From Trichlorobacter lovleyi SZ (lineage in GTDB: Bacteria > Desulfobacterota > Desulfuromonadia > Geobacterales > Pseudopelobacteraceae), in NCBI RefSeq assembly GCF_000020385.1, contig NC_010814.1:3885762-3917761 (forward strand): a DNA stretch of 32,000 nucleotides. The letters are read 5' to 3'. A program made the position numbers and the translations under genes. Shown here piece after piece: positions 7,726 to 15,675 of this stretch. The number at the start of each line of letters is the position of its first letter. Position 1 is the stretch's first letter. The notes under the pieces were generated by a model. It was not told the origin of the DNA. It worked only from the letters and a program-made list of their open reading frames with translations, and did no database searches.

Positions 7726-9447
7726 ATGCCTATGTTAAACAGAATCTGCTTTCTAATAATCATCATTTCATTTTTCGGTGGGTTGCCGCTCCATGCTGAG
7801 CAGGCTACCCCCGACAATGCCCATGTGATCGTCGTCGGAGGTAACAGCAACTACCCGCCCTATCAATTTATCGGCAAAAATGGCCAACCTGACGGATATA
7901 TTGTCGATCTGACCAAGGCGATTGCAGGCGTGATGGGGATGAAGATTGATATCCGCCTCGGAGATTTCGGGGGAATTCTGGATGAGTTGGAGAATGGCCG
8001 GATTGATATCCTTGAAGGTCTTTCCTATTCAGAAAGCAGGGCGCAGCACTACGATTTTTCCCCCCCGCACTCAATTATCGTGCATGCCATCTTTGCACGA
8101 AAGGGGACTAAAGAGGTTAAAACGCTGGATGAACTGCGGGGTAAAAAAGTGTTGGTGCATCGGGGTGGCGGTATGCACAGCTACATGAAGGAGCACAATT
8201 ACGCCCACGACCTAGTCCTGACCGATAGCCCGCGTGAAACCTTGCAACAGCTTGCCGTCGGCAAATGTGATTATGCCGTCGTGGCACTTTTGCCCGGTAT
8301 GTATATCATTCGCGAAGAAAACCTGACCAATATTGTGCCGATAGCCAAGAACATCATCCAGCAGCGTTACTATTGTTATGCGGTCAAAAAAGGAAATACC
8401 GAGCTCCTTGCCAGGTTTAACGAAGGGCTCACCATCCTTAAGAAAACCGGCCAGTACGATGCAATATATAACAAATGGCTGGGGGTACTGGAACCGCAAA
8501 GGGTTTCCTGGAGGGTTATTGCAAAATATGCCGCGTTAGTGGTGATTCCGCTTGTGTTGGTACTTATGGGAACGGTGCTCTGGTCTTATTCCCTGCGCAA
8601 GCAGGTGGCACAGCGAACAGAATCTCTTTCAAAGGCTCTGGTTGAGTTGCGCTCCAATCAGCAGCAACTTGTTCAAGCGGATAAAATGGCTGCGTTGGGA
8701 ATACTCGTGTCAGGCGTAGCCCACGAAATCAATAACCCGACCGGTATCATCCTGATGAATATGCCGACGCTGAGAAAGATTCTCCGCGATGCCGAGCGCA
8801 TTCTGGACCAATACCGCGAGGAGCATGGCGATTATTCGCTCGGCGGACTTTCGTACGAACGTGTGCGGCAGGAATTGCCGCTCCTTCTGGAAGAAATGCA
8901 GGATGGAGCAGAGCGAATCAAACATACCGTAAATGACCTTAAGAATTTTGCCCGCAAGGATGATGAAGCCGCCAAGGTGTTACTTGATTTCAATGCCGTG
9001 GTACAGACGGCGGTACGGCTGGTCGATGTAACAACCAGAAAAGCTACCAATAGTTTTACAACAAGCTATGCAGACAATCTTCCGGGGATCATGGGCAACG
9101 CGCAACGCATCGAGCAGGTGGTGGTGAACCTGATTATGAATGCCTGCCAGGCGCTTCCTGATCCCGGCCGTGCCATTGCCATCTCGACCCACTTTGATCC
9201 ACAAGCCAACGTCGTTGTCCTTACCGTCAAGGATGAAGGATCCGGCATTCCGCCGGAGCATCTGCCGCGTCTGACGGACCCTTTCTTTACCACCAAACGT
9301 GAAAGCGGGGGGACGGGATTGGGGCTCTCTGTCTCAGCCTCTATTATTAAGGATCACGGCGGAGAGCTTACCTTCGACTCAGCGCATGGTAAGGGAACGA
9401 CGGTTAAATGTACGTTTCAGGCCGCCATGGAGGGCAAGAAGCTGTGA
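7726..9447 (+). CDS. Sensor histidine kinase with a periplasmic family-3 solute-binding (Venus-flytrap) sensor domain
   Basis: The track ORF starts at 7549, but I place the start at ATG 7726 (or 7732). The signal/TM1 segment MPMLNRICFLIIIISFFGGLPLHA begins there, and the 59 upstream residues have no features. The SBP_bac_3-like domain runs from VIVVGGNSNYPPYQF to YNKWLG. It is followed by one TM, a coiled linker, H-box SGVAHEINNP and G-boxes KDEGSGI and GGTGLGLS. Confidence 0.85.
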   Translation: MPMLNRICFLIIIISFFGGLPLHAEQATPDNAHVIVVGGNSNYPPYQFIGKNGQPDGYIVDLTKAIAGVMGMKIDIRLGDFGGILDELENGRIDILEGLSYSESRAQHYDFSPPHSIIVHAIFARKGTKEVKTLDELRGKKVLVHRGGGMHSYMKEHNYAHDLVLTDSPRETLQQLAVGKCDYAVVALLPGMYIIREENLTNIVPIAKNIIQQRYYCYAVKKGNTELLARFNEGLTILKKTGQYDAIYNKWLGVLEPQRVSWRVIAKYAALVVIPLVLVLMGTVLWSYSLRKQVAQRTESLSKALVELRSNQQQLVQADKMAALGILVSGVAHEINNPTGIILMNMPTLRKILRDAERILDQYREEHGDYSLGGLSYERVRQELPLLLEEMQDGAERIKHTVNDLKNFARKDDEAAKVLLDFNAVVQTAVRLVDVTTRKATNSFTTSYADNLPGIMGNAQRIEQVVVNLIMNACQALPDPGRAIAISTHFDPQANVVVLTVKDEGSGIPPEHLPRLTDPFFTTKRESGGTGLGLSVSASIIKDHGGELTFDSAHGKGTTVKCTFQAAMEGKKL

Positions 9448-10856
9448 ATAATGATCTATATCCGGCATTTGGAGTGCTGCTTGTGGATGACGAACCGGCA
9501 TGGCTTCGTTCTCTCTCTCTTGCTCTGGAAAGCAACTCGGGGATTACCAATGTCGTGCTCTGCAAGGACAGCCGCGAGGTCATGGGCATCCTGGAGCGTC
9601 AGAATATCGGCCTTATCCTCCTTGATCTCACCATGCCGCATCTTTGCGGTGAAGAATTGCTGACACTCATTGGCGAGCAGTATCCCGATATCGCCACGAT
9701 TGTGGTAAGCGGTCTGAATCAGGTCGGTACGATTGTTACCTGCATGAAGCTTGGCGCATATGATTATTACGTTAAAACCGACGACGAAGAACGGATCGTC
9801 TGTGGTGTTCTCCGTGCCATTAAACTGCTGGAGTTGCAGCGGGACACCAAAGAGATGACACAACGCTTTGTGACATGCGAGTTGAAACACCCGGAAGCAT
9901 TTCATGCAATCTGTACCGTTGATCGTGCCATGCAGTCAATCTTTGCCTACATTGAGGCGGTGGCCCAAAGTCCACTACCGCTACTCATTACCGGAGAAAG
10001 CGGCGTTGGCAAAGAGCTCCTGGCCAAAGCGGCTCACGACCTCAGCGGATGCAAAGGAGAACTGGTTGCAGTAAACGTCGCCGGACTCGACGATACGGTT
10101 TTTGCCGACACCCTCTTCGGCCATGTCCGAGGTGCCTTCACCGGCGCGGAAAGTGTTCGCCGCGGCATGATCGAAGTGGCAACCAATGGAACGCTATTTC
10201 TCGATGAAATTGGTGATCTCAGCACGGCATCGCAGGTCAAGTTACTCCGCCTTATTCAGGAAGGGGAATATTTCCCGCTTGGCAGCGACCAACCCAAACG
10301 CCTCAAGGCGCGGATCATCGTTGCCACCCACCAGAATCTGGAAACAAAAGAGGCGTCCGGCGCGTTCCGCCGGGATCTGTTCTATCGGCTTCGCACCCAT
10401 CATGTTCTGATTCCACCACTACGCAAACGCATAGACGACCTTCCCTATCTGCTGGACCTCTTTCTGGAAGAAGCGGCTCGCACGCTGGGCAAAAAGAAGC
10501 CGACACCGCCGCCCAGCCTTGTGCCACTACTGTCTACCTACAGTTTTCCCGGTAACATCCGCGAGCTTAAGGCCATGATCTATGACGCCGTAAGTACACA
10601 CAAAGGTCATATGCTCTCGATGGATTCATTTCTAAAGGCCATCAACAACTCTTCAGAACATCCCGTGACGATGGCCAGTGTACCGGAGCATAATCCCTTT
10701 GCCTGCTTCGAGCGGCTGCCAACCTTTGCCAATGCCGCAACCTACCTTCTTGAAGAAGCGCTCACACGCGCCAAAGGCAATCAGACTCTGGCTGCCCGTC
10801 TGCTCGGTATTTCCCAGCCGTCTCTCTGGAAAAGACTCAAACTCGCACGTCGCTAA
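9444..10856 (+). CDS. Sigma-54-dependent (NtrC-family) response regulator: REC + AAA+ enhancer-binding domain + Fis-type HTH
   Basis: I chose the GTG at 9444, which overlaps the kinase TGA stop (GTGA) and gives VNNDLYPAFGVLLVDDEP. REC residues are DDE, the phospho-acceptor in LLDLTMP, and a conserved Lys in YVK. Walker A GESGVGKE. Intact sigma-54 contact loop GAFTGA. C-terminal HTH NQTLAARLLGISQPSLWKRLK. Confidence 0.9.
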   Translation: MNNDLYPAFGVLLVDDEPAWLRSLSLALESNSGITNVVLCKDSREVMGILERQNIGLILLDLTMPHLCGEELLTLIGEQYPDIATIVVSGLNQVGTIVTCMKLGAYDYYVKTDDEERIVCGVLRAIKLLELQRDTKEMTQRFVTCELKHPEAFHAICTVDRAMQSIFAYIEAVAQSPLPLLITGESGVGKELLAKAAHDLSGCKGELVAVNVAGLDDTVFADTLFGHVRGAFTGAESVRRGMIEVATNGTLFLDEIGDLSTASQVKLLRLIQEGEYFPLGSDQPKRLKARIIVATHQNLETKEASGAFRRDLFYRLRTHHVLIPPLRKRIDDLPYLLDLFLEEAARTLGKKKPTPPPSLVPLLSTYSFPGNIRELKAMIYDAVSTHKGHMLSMDSFLKAINNSSEHPVTMASVPEHNPFACFERLPTFANAATYLLEEALTRAKGNQTLAARLLGISQPSLWKRLKLARR

Positions 10857-10859
10857 ACA

Positions 10860-10900
10860 GCTATTGCCAAAGTCTATACTCTATAGATTTTGGCAATAGC
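10860..10900. promoter_or_regulatory. 41-bp nested palindrome; candidate upstream activator site for the sigma-54 regulator and/or a transcript-end hairpin of the kinase-regulator operon
   Basis: GCTATTGCCAAAGTCTATA-CTC-TATAGATTTTGGCAATAGC. That is 18 Watson-Crick pairs plus one G-T position around a 3-nt centre. It starts 4 nt after the regulator stop, and its centre lies about 165 bp upstream of the GG of the sigma-54 promoter. No U-tract follows. Confidence 0.45.
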
Positions 10901-10913
10901 CATTCTATCCCGG

Positions 10914-10993
10914 CCAATTACCTGCCTTTCAACACTTCCGCAATATCCCTCCATAGCCTGCGGCTATAACGGATACGTTCTGTCCAATTACCT
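10914..10993 (+). repeat. Exact 10-bp direct repeat CCAATTACCT (x2, 70 bp apart) bracketing a small palindrome in the control region
   Basis: CCAATTACCT at 10914-10923 and 10984-10993. ATAGCC-TGC-GGCTAT palindrome at 10953-10967 between them. An AT-rich tract follows (about 10986-11032). Confidence 0.4.
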
Positions 10994-11045
10994 TAATTTG
11001 TTTAAAACAATAGTAAATATAGGCTGTTGTGCATAAACGCCCCTT

Positions 11046-11061
11046 TGGCACCGTTCGTGCT
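11046..11061 (+). promoter_or_regulatory. Sigma-54 (-24/-12) promoter of the flavocytochrome operon
   Basis: TGGCAC-CGTTC-GTGCT matches TGGCAC-N5-TTGCW with exact GG-N10-GC spacing. It lies about 60 nt upstream of the ATG at 11124 and is followed by the strong Shine-Dalgarno AAAGGAGGAG (11111-11120). A sigma-54 activator gene sits immediately upstream. Confidence 0.6.
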
Positions 11062-11123
11062 CCTACTGTGATTGGAATTACTATCAAGGAGGACGCTTCG
11101 GATGTCACAAAAAGGAGGAGTTT

Positions 11124-12914
11124 ATGAGACTGTTTAGAGCAGGCACCGTACTACTTTGTTCGCTGGTTTTGCTGGTCGGAAGCTCGCAGGTGTGGGCAGA
11201 TGGAGGGACTTCAAAAACCACATTCCTGGCAGGTATTCACAAAAAGAACCAGATGAGTTGTGCCGATTGTCATGGCAAATCTCTTGCCGTTGATGACAGC
11301 GAGACGGTTCTAAACAAAAAATGTGTTGAATGCCATGGGACATTTGCAAGTCTTGCAAGCAAGAAAAAAGAACATATCAATCCGCATAAGTCCCACCTGG
11401 GAGAGGTCAACTGTACCACGTGCCACAAGGGACATACGGCGTCCAAGGCGTACTGCAATTACTGCCATTCGTTCGGTATGAAAATCCCTGCTATGGGCAG
11501 CGTCGAACAGTCCAATAGTAAAAAATGGATTCAGGAAACAGCTCCCAAAAAATCTGACACAGCCAAGACTGTTACGGAACGTGCCGACATTGTTGTTATC
11601 GGTGCCGGTGGCGCCGGTTATGTGGCTTCGATCACTGCCCATGACGCCGGAGCCAAGGTAATCCTCTTGGAAAAGATGCCGATAACCGGTGGAAACAGCA
11701 TGCTTGCAGCAGGCGGCATTAATGCGGCAGCAACACGAATCCAGAAAGAACGCGGCATTCAGGATGATCCGGCTGAAATGGTTAAAGAGACCATGAAAGG
11801 CGGAAGAGAAAAGAACGACCTTGAACTGGTAAAAATCCTCTCGTACCGTTCATCCGACGCAGTTGATTTTCTGGTATCCCTTGGCGCAGACATGAGCGAT
11901 TTGGTGCGCTCAGGCGGTGTACACGCCGACAGAACCCACAGACCTGTAGGCGGAGCAGCGGTAGGCCCCCATCTGGTAAAAGTCTACAGAGAAAATGCTG
12001 CTAAACGCAACATTGACGTACGCGTAAATTCTGAAGTCGTAAAGATCCTCACTGACAAAAACGGCAGGGTAACCGGCGTACAGGTAAAAGGTAAACACAG
12101 AGGGTTGTACACCATAAAGGCTAAAGCGGTAATCGACACAGCAGGCGGTTTTGCTGCAAACAATGATCTGGTTGGTTTTTACAAACCGCAGTTCAAAGAA
12201 ACAGCTTCTTCAAACCAGCCCGGCGCAACCGGAGAAGGTGTTGTTCTGGCTGAAAAAATTGGTGCAAAAGTGATCGACATGGAGCAGATCCAGATCCATC
12301 CGACCATGGGCGGCGAAACCAAGGTGCTTGTCTCTGAAACGGTTCGGGGCAGCGGCGCCATTCTGGTAAATCATGCGGGCAAGCGTTTTGTTAATGAGCT
12401 GACAACCCGCGACAAAGCCTCAGCAGCAATCTTTGCACAGCCGGAGAAGACAGCATTTCTTGTCCTTGGCGAAGATATCCGCAAGAGCAATGTGCAGATA
12501 GACGGGTATATCGAGCTCGGCCTCGTACAAGAATCCGATTCAATTGAAGGATTAGCAACAAAGATGGGCGTTCCTGCCGCAACCCTTGCCGCAACAATTG
12601 CATCATACAACAAGGCCTATGACGCAAAGAATGACCCTGAGTTCAAACGTCAAGACATCCCGCGAAAAATTGCCGGTCCCAAGTACTATTCCATCTGGGT
12701 TAAGCCAGGCCGCCATCACACTATGGGCGGCGTCAAAATCAATACGGAAGGTCAGGTAATCAGCACAAATGGCACACCGGTGGTTGGTCTGTATGCCGCC
12801 GGAGAGGTTACCGGTGGCGTCCATGGCTGGAACCGGCTGGGTGGCAACGCCATTACCGATACTGTTGTGTTCGGTCGTATCGCCGGGGCAAGTGCAGCCA
12901 AATTTGTCAAGTAG
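11124..12914 (+). CDS. Exported tetrahaem flavocytochrome c, soluble fumarate-reductase-like (Shewanella FccA/Fcc3 type)
   Basis: 596 aa. Signal peptide MRLFRAGTVLLCSLVLLVGSSQVWA. Four CxxCH sites (CADCH, CVECH, CTTCH, CNYCH). FAD dinucleotide fold DIVVIGAGGAGYVAS. Fcc3 active-site blocks QIHPT, SETVRGSGAILVN, LTTRDKA, RHHTMGGV and WNRLGGNAI. Confidence 0.85.
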   Translation: MRLFRAGTVLLCSLVLLVGSSQVWADGGTSKTTFLAGIHKKNQMSCADCHGKSLAVDDSETVLNKKCVECHGTFASLASKKKEHINPHKSHLGEVNCTTCHKGHTASKAYCNYCHSFGMKIPAMGSVEQSNSKKWIQETAPKKSDTAKTVTERADIVVIGAGGAGYVASITAHDAGAKVILLEKMPITGGNSMLAAGGINAAATRIQKERGIQDDPAEMVKETMKGGREKNDLELVKILSYRSSDAVDFLVSLGADMSDLVRSGGVHADRTHRPVGGAAVGPHLVKVYRENAAKRNIDVRVNSEVVKILTDKNGRVTGVQVKGKHRGLYTIKAKAVIDTAGGFAANNDLVGFYKPQFKETASSNQPGATGEGVVLAEKIGAKVIDMEQIQIHPTMGGETKVLVSETVRGSGAILVNHAGKRFVNELTTRDKASAAIFAQPEKTAFLVLGEDIRKSNVQIDGYIELGLVQESDSIEGLATKMGVPAATLAATIASYNKAYDAKNDPEFKRQDIPRKIAGPKYYSIWVKPGRHHTMGGVKINTEGQVISTNGTPVVGLYAAGEVTGGVHGWNRLGGNAITDTVVFGRIAGASAAKFVK

Positions 12915-12944
12915 GATCGCGCGTTACTAACAACGCAAGTAAAT

Positions 12945-12979
12945 GGAGTTCCTGAGCTCATGGGGAGTTCAGGAACTCC
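12945..12979 (+). other. Intercistronic stem-loop between the flavocytochrome and MFS genes (no U-tract)
   Basis: GGAGTTCCTGAGCTC (12945-12959), loop ATGGG, GAGTTCAGGAACTCC (12965-12979). The 15-bp stem includes one G-U. It starts 31 nt after the flavocytochrome stop and is followed by ACACCC rather than a T-run. Confidence 0.5.
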
Positions 12980-13017
12980 ACACCCAGGCTTTGAGAAGCA
13001 TCCGAGAGGTTATACCT

Positions 13018-14262
13018 ATGGAAACCCGTAGTCTGTTTCGGGCACTGTTCCTGATCAACTTCGCCATCACCCTCGGTTTTGGCATTGCCGACGCATTCTT
13101 CTCTATGTACGTTTTCAGCCTGGGAGCCAGGGGCATCCTTCTGGTGCTGCCGCTGGTACTCTATTCACTCTCAAAGATTCTCTTCAGCCCTTTTATGGGG
13201 GCCTGCTCCGACAAGATAGGACCAAGAAGAATTGCTTCCATCAGTCTCGGTCTCTATCTACTCGTATCAATCTGCTATTTCTTCACTACCAGTCTGATGC
13301 TTATCACCATTATGCGCCTGTTTCAGGGGATCGGCTGCGCAATGTTCAGACCGTTGGTTGCCTCTCTTGTGGGTGAGAGGACGACAAGTGAAAAACGTGC
13401 AACCGTCTTGGGGACCTTTGACATTTCCTTTTACGGTGCTTTAAGCGTCGGGCCGGTTGTCGGCGGAATACTCAAGGATATCTGGGGCTTTGAGGGGATT
13501 TTTGCAGTGCTGACGCTGCTTTGCATCGTGGCGCTGTTGGTGGCACTGTTTTACATTCCTGCACAAAGACTCTCCAAGAACCATGCGGCAGAACGCAAAA
13601 CGGAAAACCAATGCAAGTGCAGGACTATTTTTACGATGGCCCGGCAAAACTCCCTACGGGGGCTTCTTGCCTTCATCTTTGGCCGGGCCTGCGGGATATC
13701 GCTGCTGAGTGCCTTCCTGCCGATACTGCTAACAACCAAGCTCGGATTGAGCGGCATACAGACCGGATTGGTGATGGCCTCCGGCTCCCTGGTATTCACC
13801 CTCCTCCTGCGGCCAATCGGCATGCTTTCAGATAAGACACCGCGCAAGCCTCTGATTGTCGCCGGCGGCACCATCGTATCGTTGCTCTACTTTCTGATAC
13901 CTGTTGTGTCCGGATTTAGCCAGATACTGTTCCTGGGGTTGGGAATAGGCATGTTCAGCGTGCTCTCTCAGCCCGCCTGTACAACGCTCCTGATAGAAGA
14001 GGGAGTCCGTCACGGCATGGGGTTAACCGTTGGAATCTTTAATTCGGTGCTGAACCTGGGGTTTATTGCGGGTCCGTTATTCGGAGCAGGTATGCAACAC
14101 ACGTTCGGCCTGTCCTCGGTTTTTTATGCCGCTGGAATCTTGGGGTTTGTTGCAGTTGGACTGTTTATCACAACAATCGTGTCAGAGGATACGCCATCTT
14201 CAGCGCTTTTCCTTGAGAAGGGCGACGTCACACTATCTTACGTAACATCAGAAAAGCTGTAA
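13018..14262 (+). CDS. Major facilitator superfamily (MFS) transporter, about 12 TM segments
   Basis: Start moved from 12943 to ATG 13018. A GAGAGG Shine-Dalgarno lies 7 nt upstream, TM1 begins immediately (METRSLFRALFLINFAITLGF), and the 12943 ATG sits inside the hairpin. Two six-helix halves are separated by a basic central loop (QRLSKNHAAERKTENQCK). Confidence 0.8.
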   Translation: METRSLFRALFLINFAITLGFGIADAFFSMYVFSLGARGILLVLPLVLYSLSKILFSPFMGACSDKIGPRRIASISLGLYLLVSICYFFTTSLMLITIMRLFQGIGCAMFRPLVASLVGERTTSEKRATVLGTFDISFYGALSVGPVVGGILKDIWGFEGIFAVLTLLCIVALLVALFYIPAQRLSKNHAAERKTENQCKCRTIFTMARQNSLRGLLAFIFGRACGISLLSAFLPILLTTKLGLSGIQTGLVMASGSLVFTLLLRPIGMLSDKTPRKPLIVAGGTIVSLLYFLIPVVSGFSQILFLGLGIGMFSVLSQPACTTLLIEEGVRHGMGLTVGIFNSVLNLGFIAGPLFGAGMQHTFGLSSVFYAAGILGFVAVGLFITTIVSEDTPSSALFLEKGDVTLSYVTSEKL

Positions 14263-14300
14263 TCAAGAAATACAACTATTTAAACCAAAGGAGCTCACAC

Positions 14301-15608
14301 ATGAAATTTGCAAAACTTGGTTTGGCGGGGATAATCGTTGCTGGCCTTGCGACCAGTTCGTATGGAGCAGACTCACTGTTTGATGCCTTTAAAAACGGGA
14401 AAACAAACGGGGAGCTCAGGGCATGGTATTTTGATAGAAAAGTAGAAAATGCCCCTACTAGTTCAGCAGGCATCTTCACTACCGCGGCAATATTAGGCTA
14501 TGTTACTGATACTTTTTACGGTTTTAGCTTAGGAGGAACATTTGAGGCAGTCTATGCTCCTGAGGCTAGTTCTGGTGCAAAGAATGTTTACAAAAGCGAC
14601 ATGTACGCCTCAGGTGCAGTTCTTTCAGAGGCGTATTTACAATATGGCATAGCGAAAACGGCAGTTAAAGCCGGACGGCAATATATTTCTACGCCGTTGG
14701 TTACCGGAAGCGGTACGAGAATTGTTAAAGAATCCTTTCAAGGGGCTATGCTTACCAGTAAAGACCTCTCTGATACGACGATAACCGGAGGCTATATTAA
14801 TAAGTTTCAAGGTAGAACCGGCTATGCCACAGGAGATTCCGTGGGTGATGCTCCGGATTTCGCCTCAAGATCAATATTCCTTGGTATTTCAGGGTCAACA
14901 ACCTATGAATTTAATGGAGCTTACACCGTTGCGGTTATTAACAAGTCCATTCCAAACCTGACACTGACTGGACAATATCTTAATGTGGGCGACGTGAAGG
15001 TCGGTACAAAGAAATCAGATATCCATGTCTATTATACTGATGCTAAATACTTACTCCCAATGGATGGGTACAAATTGGAATTTGCTCTTAACTTTCGCGG
15101 ATCGCAGACAGAGGATCCACTATCTGCTACAATAAAGTATAATGGTACGTATGCTGCTGGTAAAATTGCGGTCAGCGAGCTGGCAGGATTTGGAGCAAGC
15201 TTTGTTGCCGCAACAACCAGCCGTGATGATGCAGTGATAGCCGGTATGGGGAACGGCCCTTCAAGTTACACGGCAACACTGATAAGGGCAAGTACAGCCA
15301 CCTTGACAGCCAATACCAATTCGTACCGGTGCGATGTGACTTATGATTTTTCAAAAATCGGTCTTGCCGGGCTTAAAGGTGCATTGCAGTATGGTTGGAC
15401 AAATCAAAACAGAGTAGGGACGGCAGCAACCAGTTCAGATTATACTTCATATGCAGGGAGTTTGGATTACGCTGTTCCTCTGCTTAAGGGGCTGTCTTTG
15501 GCAGTACAGTATGAAAAACAGGAGAATGAGACCACGAAGTATACCTCCAATACCAAAACCTCCATTGACACCGATGAGTTGCGAATTAAACTGGCCTATA
15601 AATTCTGA
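14301..15608 (+). CDS. Outer-membrane beta-barrel porin, OprD-family-like
   Basis: 435 aa. AAGGAG Shine-Dalgarno. Signal peptide MKFAKLGLAGIIVAGLATSSYGA. N-terminal signature DSLFDAFKNGKTNGELRAWYFDRK resembles the OprD-family start. Alternating beta-strand pattern with a terminal aromatic residue (LRIKLAYKF). Confidence 0.7.
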   Translation: MKFAKLGLAGIIVAGLATSSYGADSLFDAFKNGKTNGELRAWYFDRKVENAPTSSAGIFTTAAILGYVTDTFYGFSLGGTFEAVYAPEASSGAKNVYKSDMYASGAVLSEAYLQYGIAKTAVKAGRQYISTPLVTGSGTRIVKESFQGAMLTSKDLSDTTITGGYINKFQGRTGYATGDSVGDAPDFASRSIFLGISGSTTYEFNGAYTVAVINKSIPNLTLTGQYLNVGDVKVGTKKSDIHVYYTDAKYLLPMDGYKLEFALNFRGSQTEDPLSATIKYNGTYAAGKIAVSELAGFGASFVAATTSRDDAVIAGMGNGPSSYTATLIRASTATLTANTNSYRCDVTYDFSKIGLAGLKGALQYGWTNQNRVGTAATSSDYTSYAGSLDYAVPLLKGLSLAVQYEKQENETTKYTSNTKTSIDTDELRIKLAYKF

Positions 15609-15643
15609 AAGCCTCTTGTCGAAATTGCACTTGCTTTATGACA

Positions 15644-15675
15644 AAGCCTCCGGGGTAGTAAAGTCCCGGAGGCTT
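15644..15675. terminator. Terminator hairpin shared by the convergent porin (+) and ABC-F (-) genes
   Basis: AAGCCTCCGGG (15644-15654), 10-nt loop, CCCGGAGGCTT (15665-15675). The 11-bp perfect stem is followed by GTTG on the plus strand (weak U-tract). Confidence 0.55.

Noticed and set aside
10986-11032. IHF binding site in the AT-rich tract between the palindrome and the sigma-54 promoter.
   Set aside because: The position is right, but I found no acceptable match to WATCAANNNNTTR on either strand. It is recorded only as an AT-rich, possibly bent, region.
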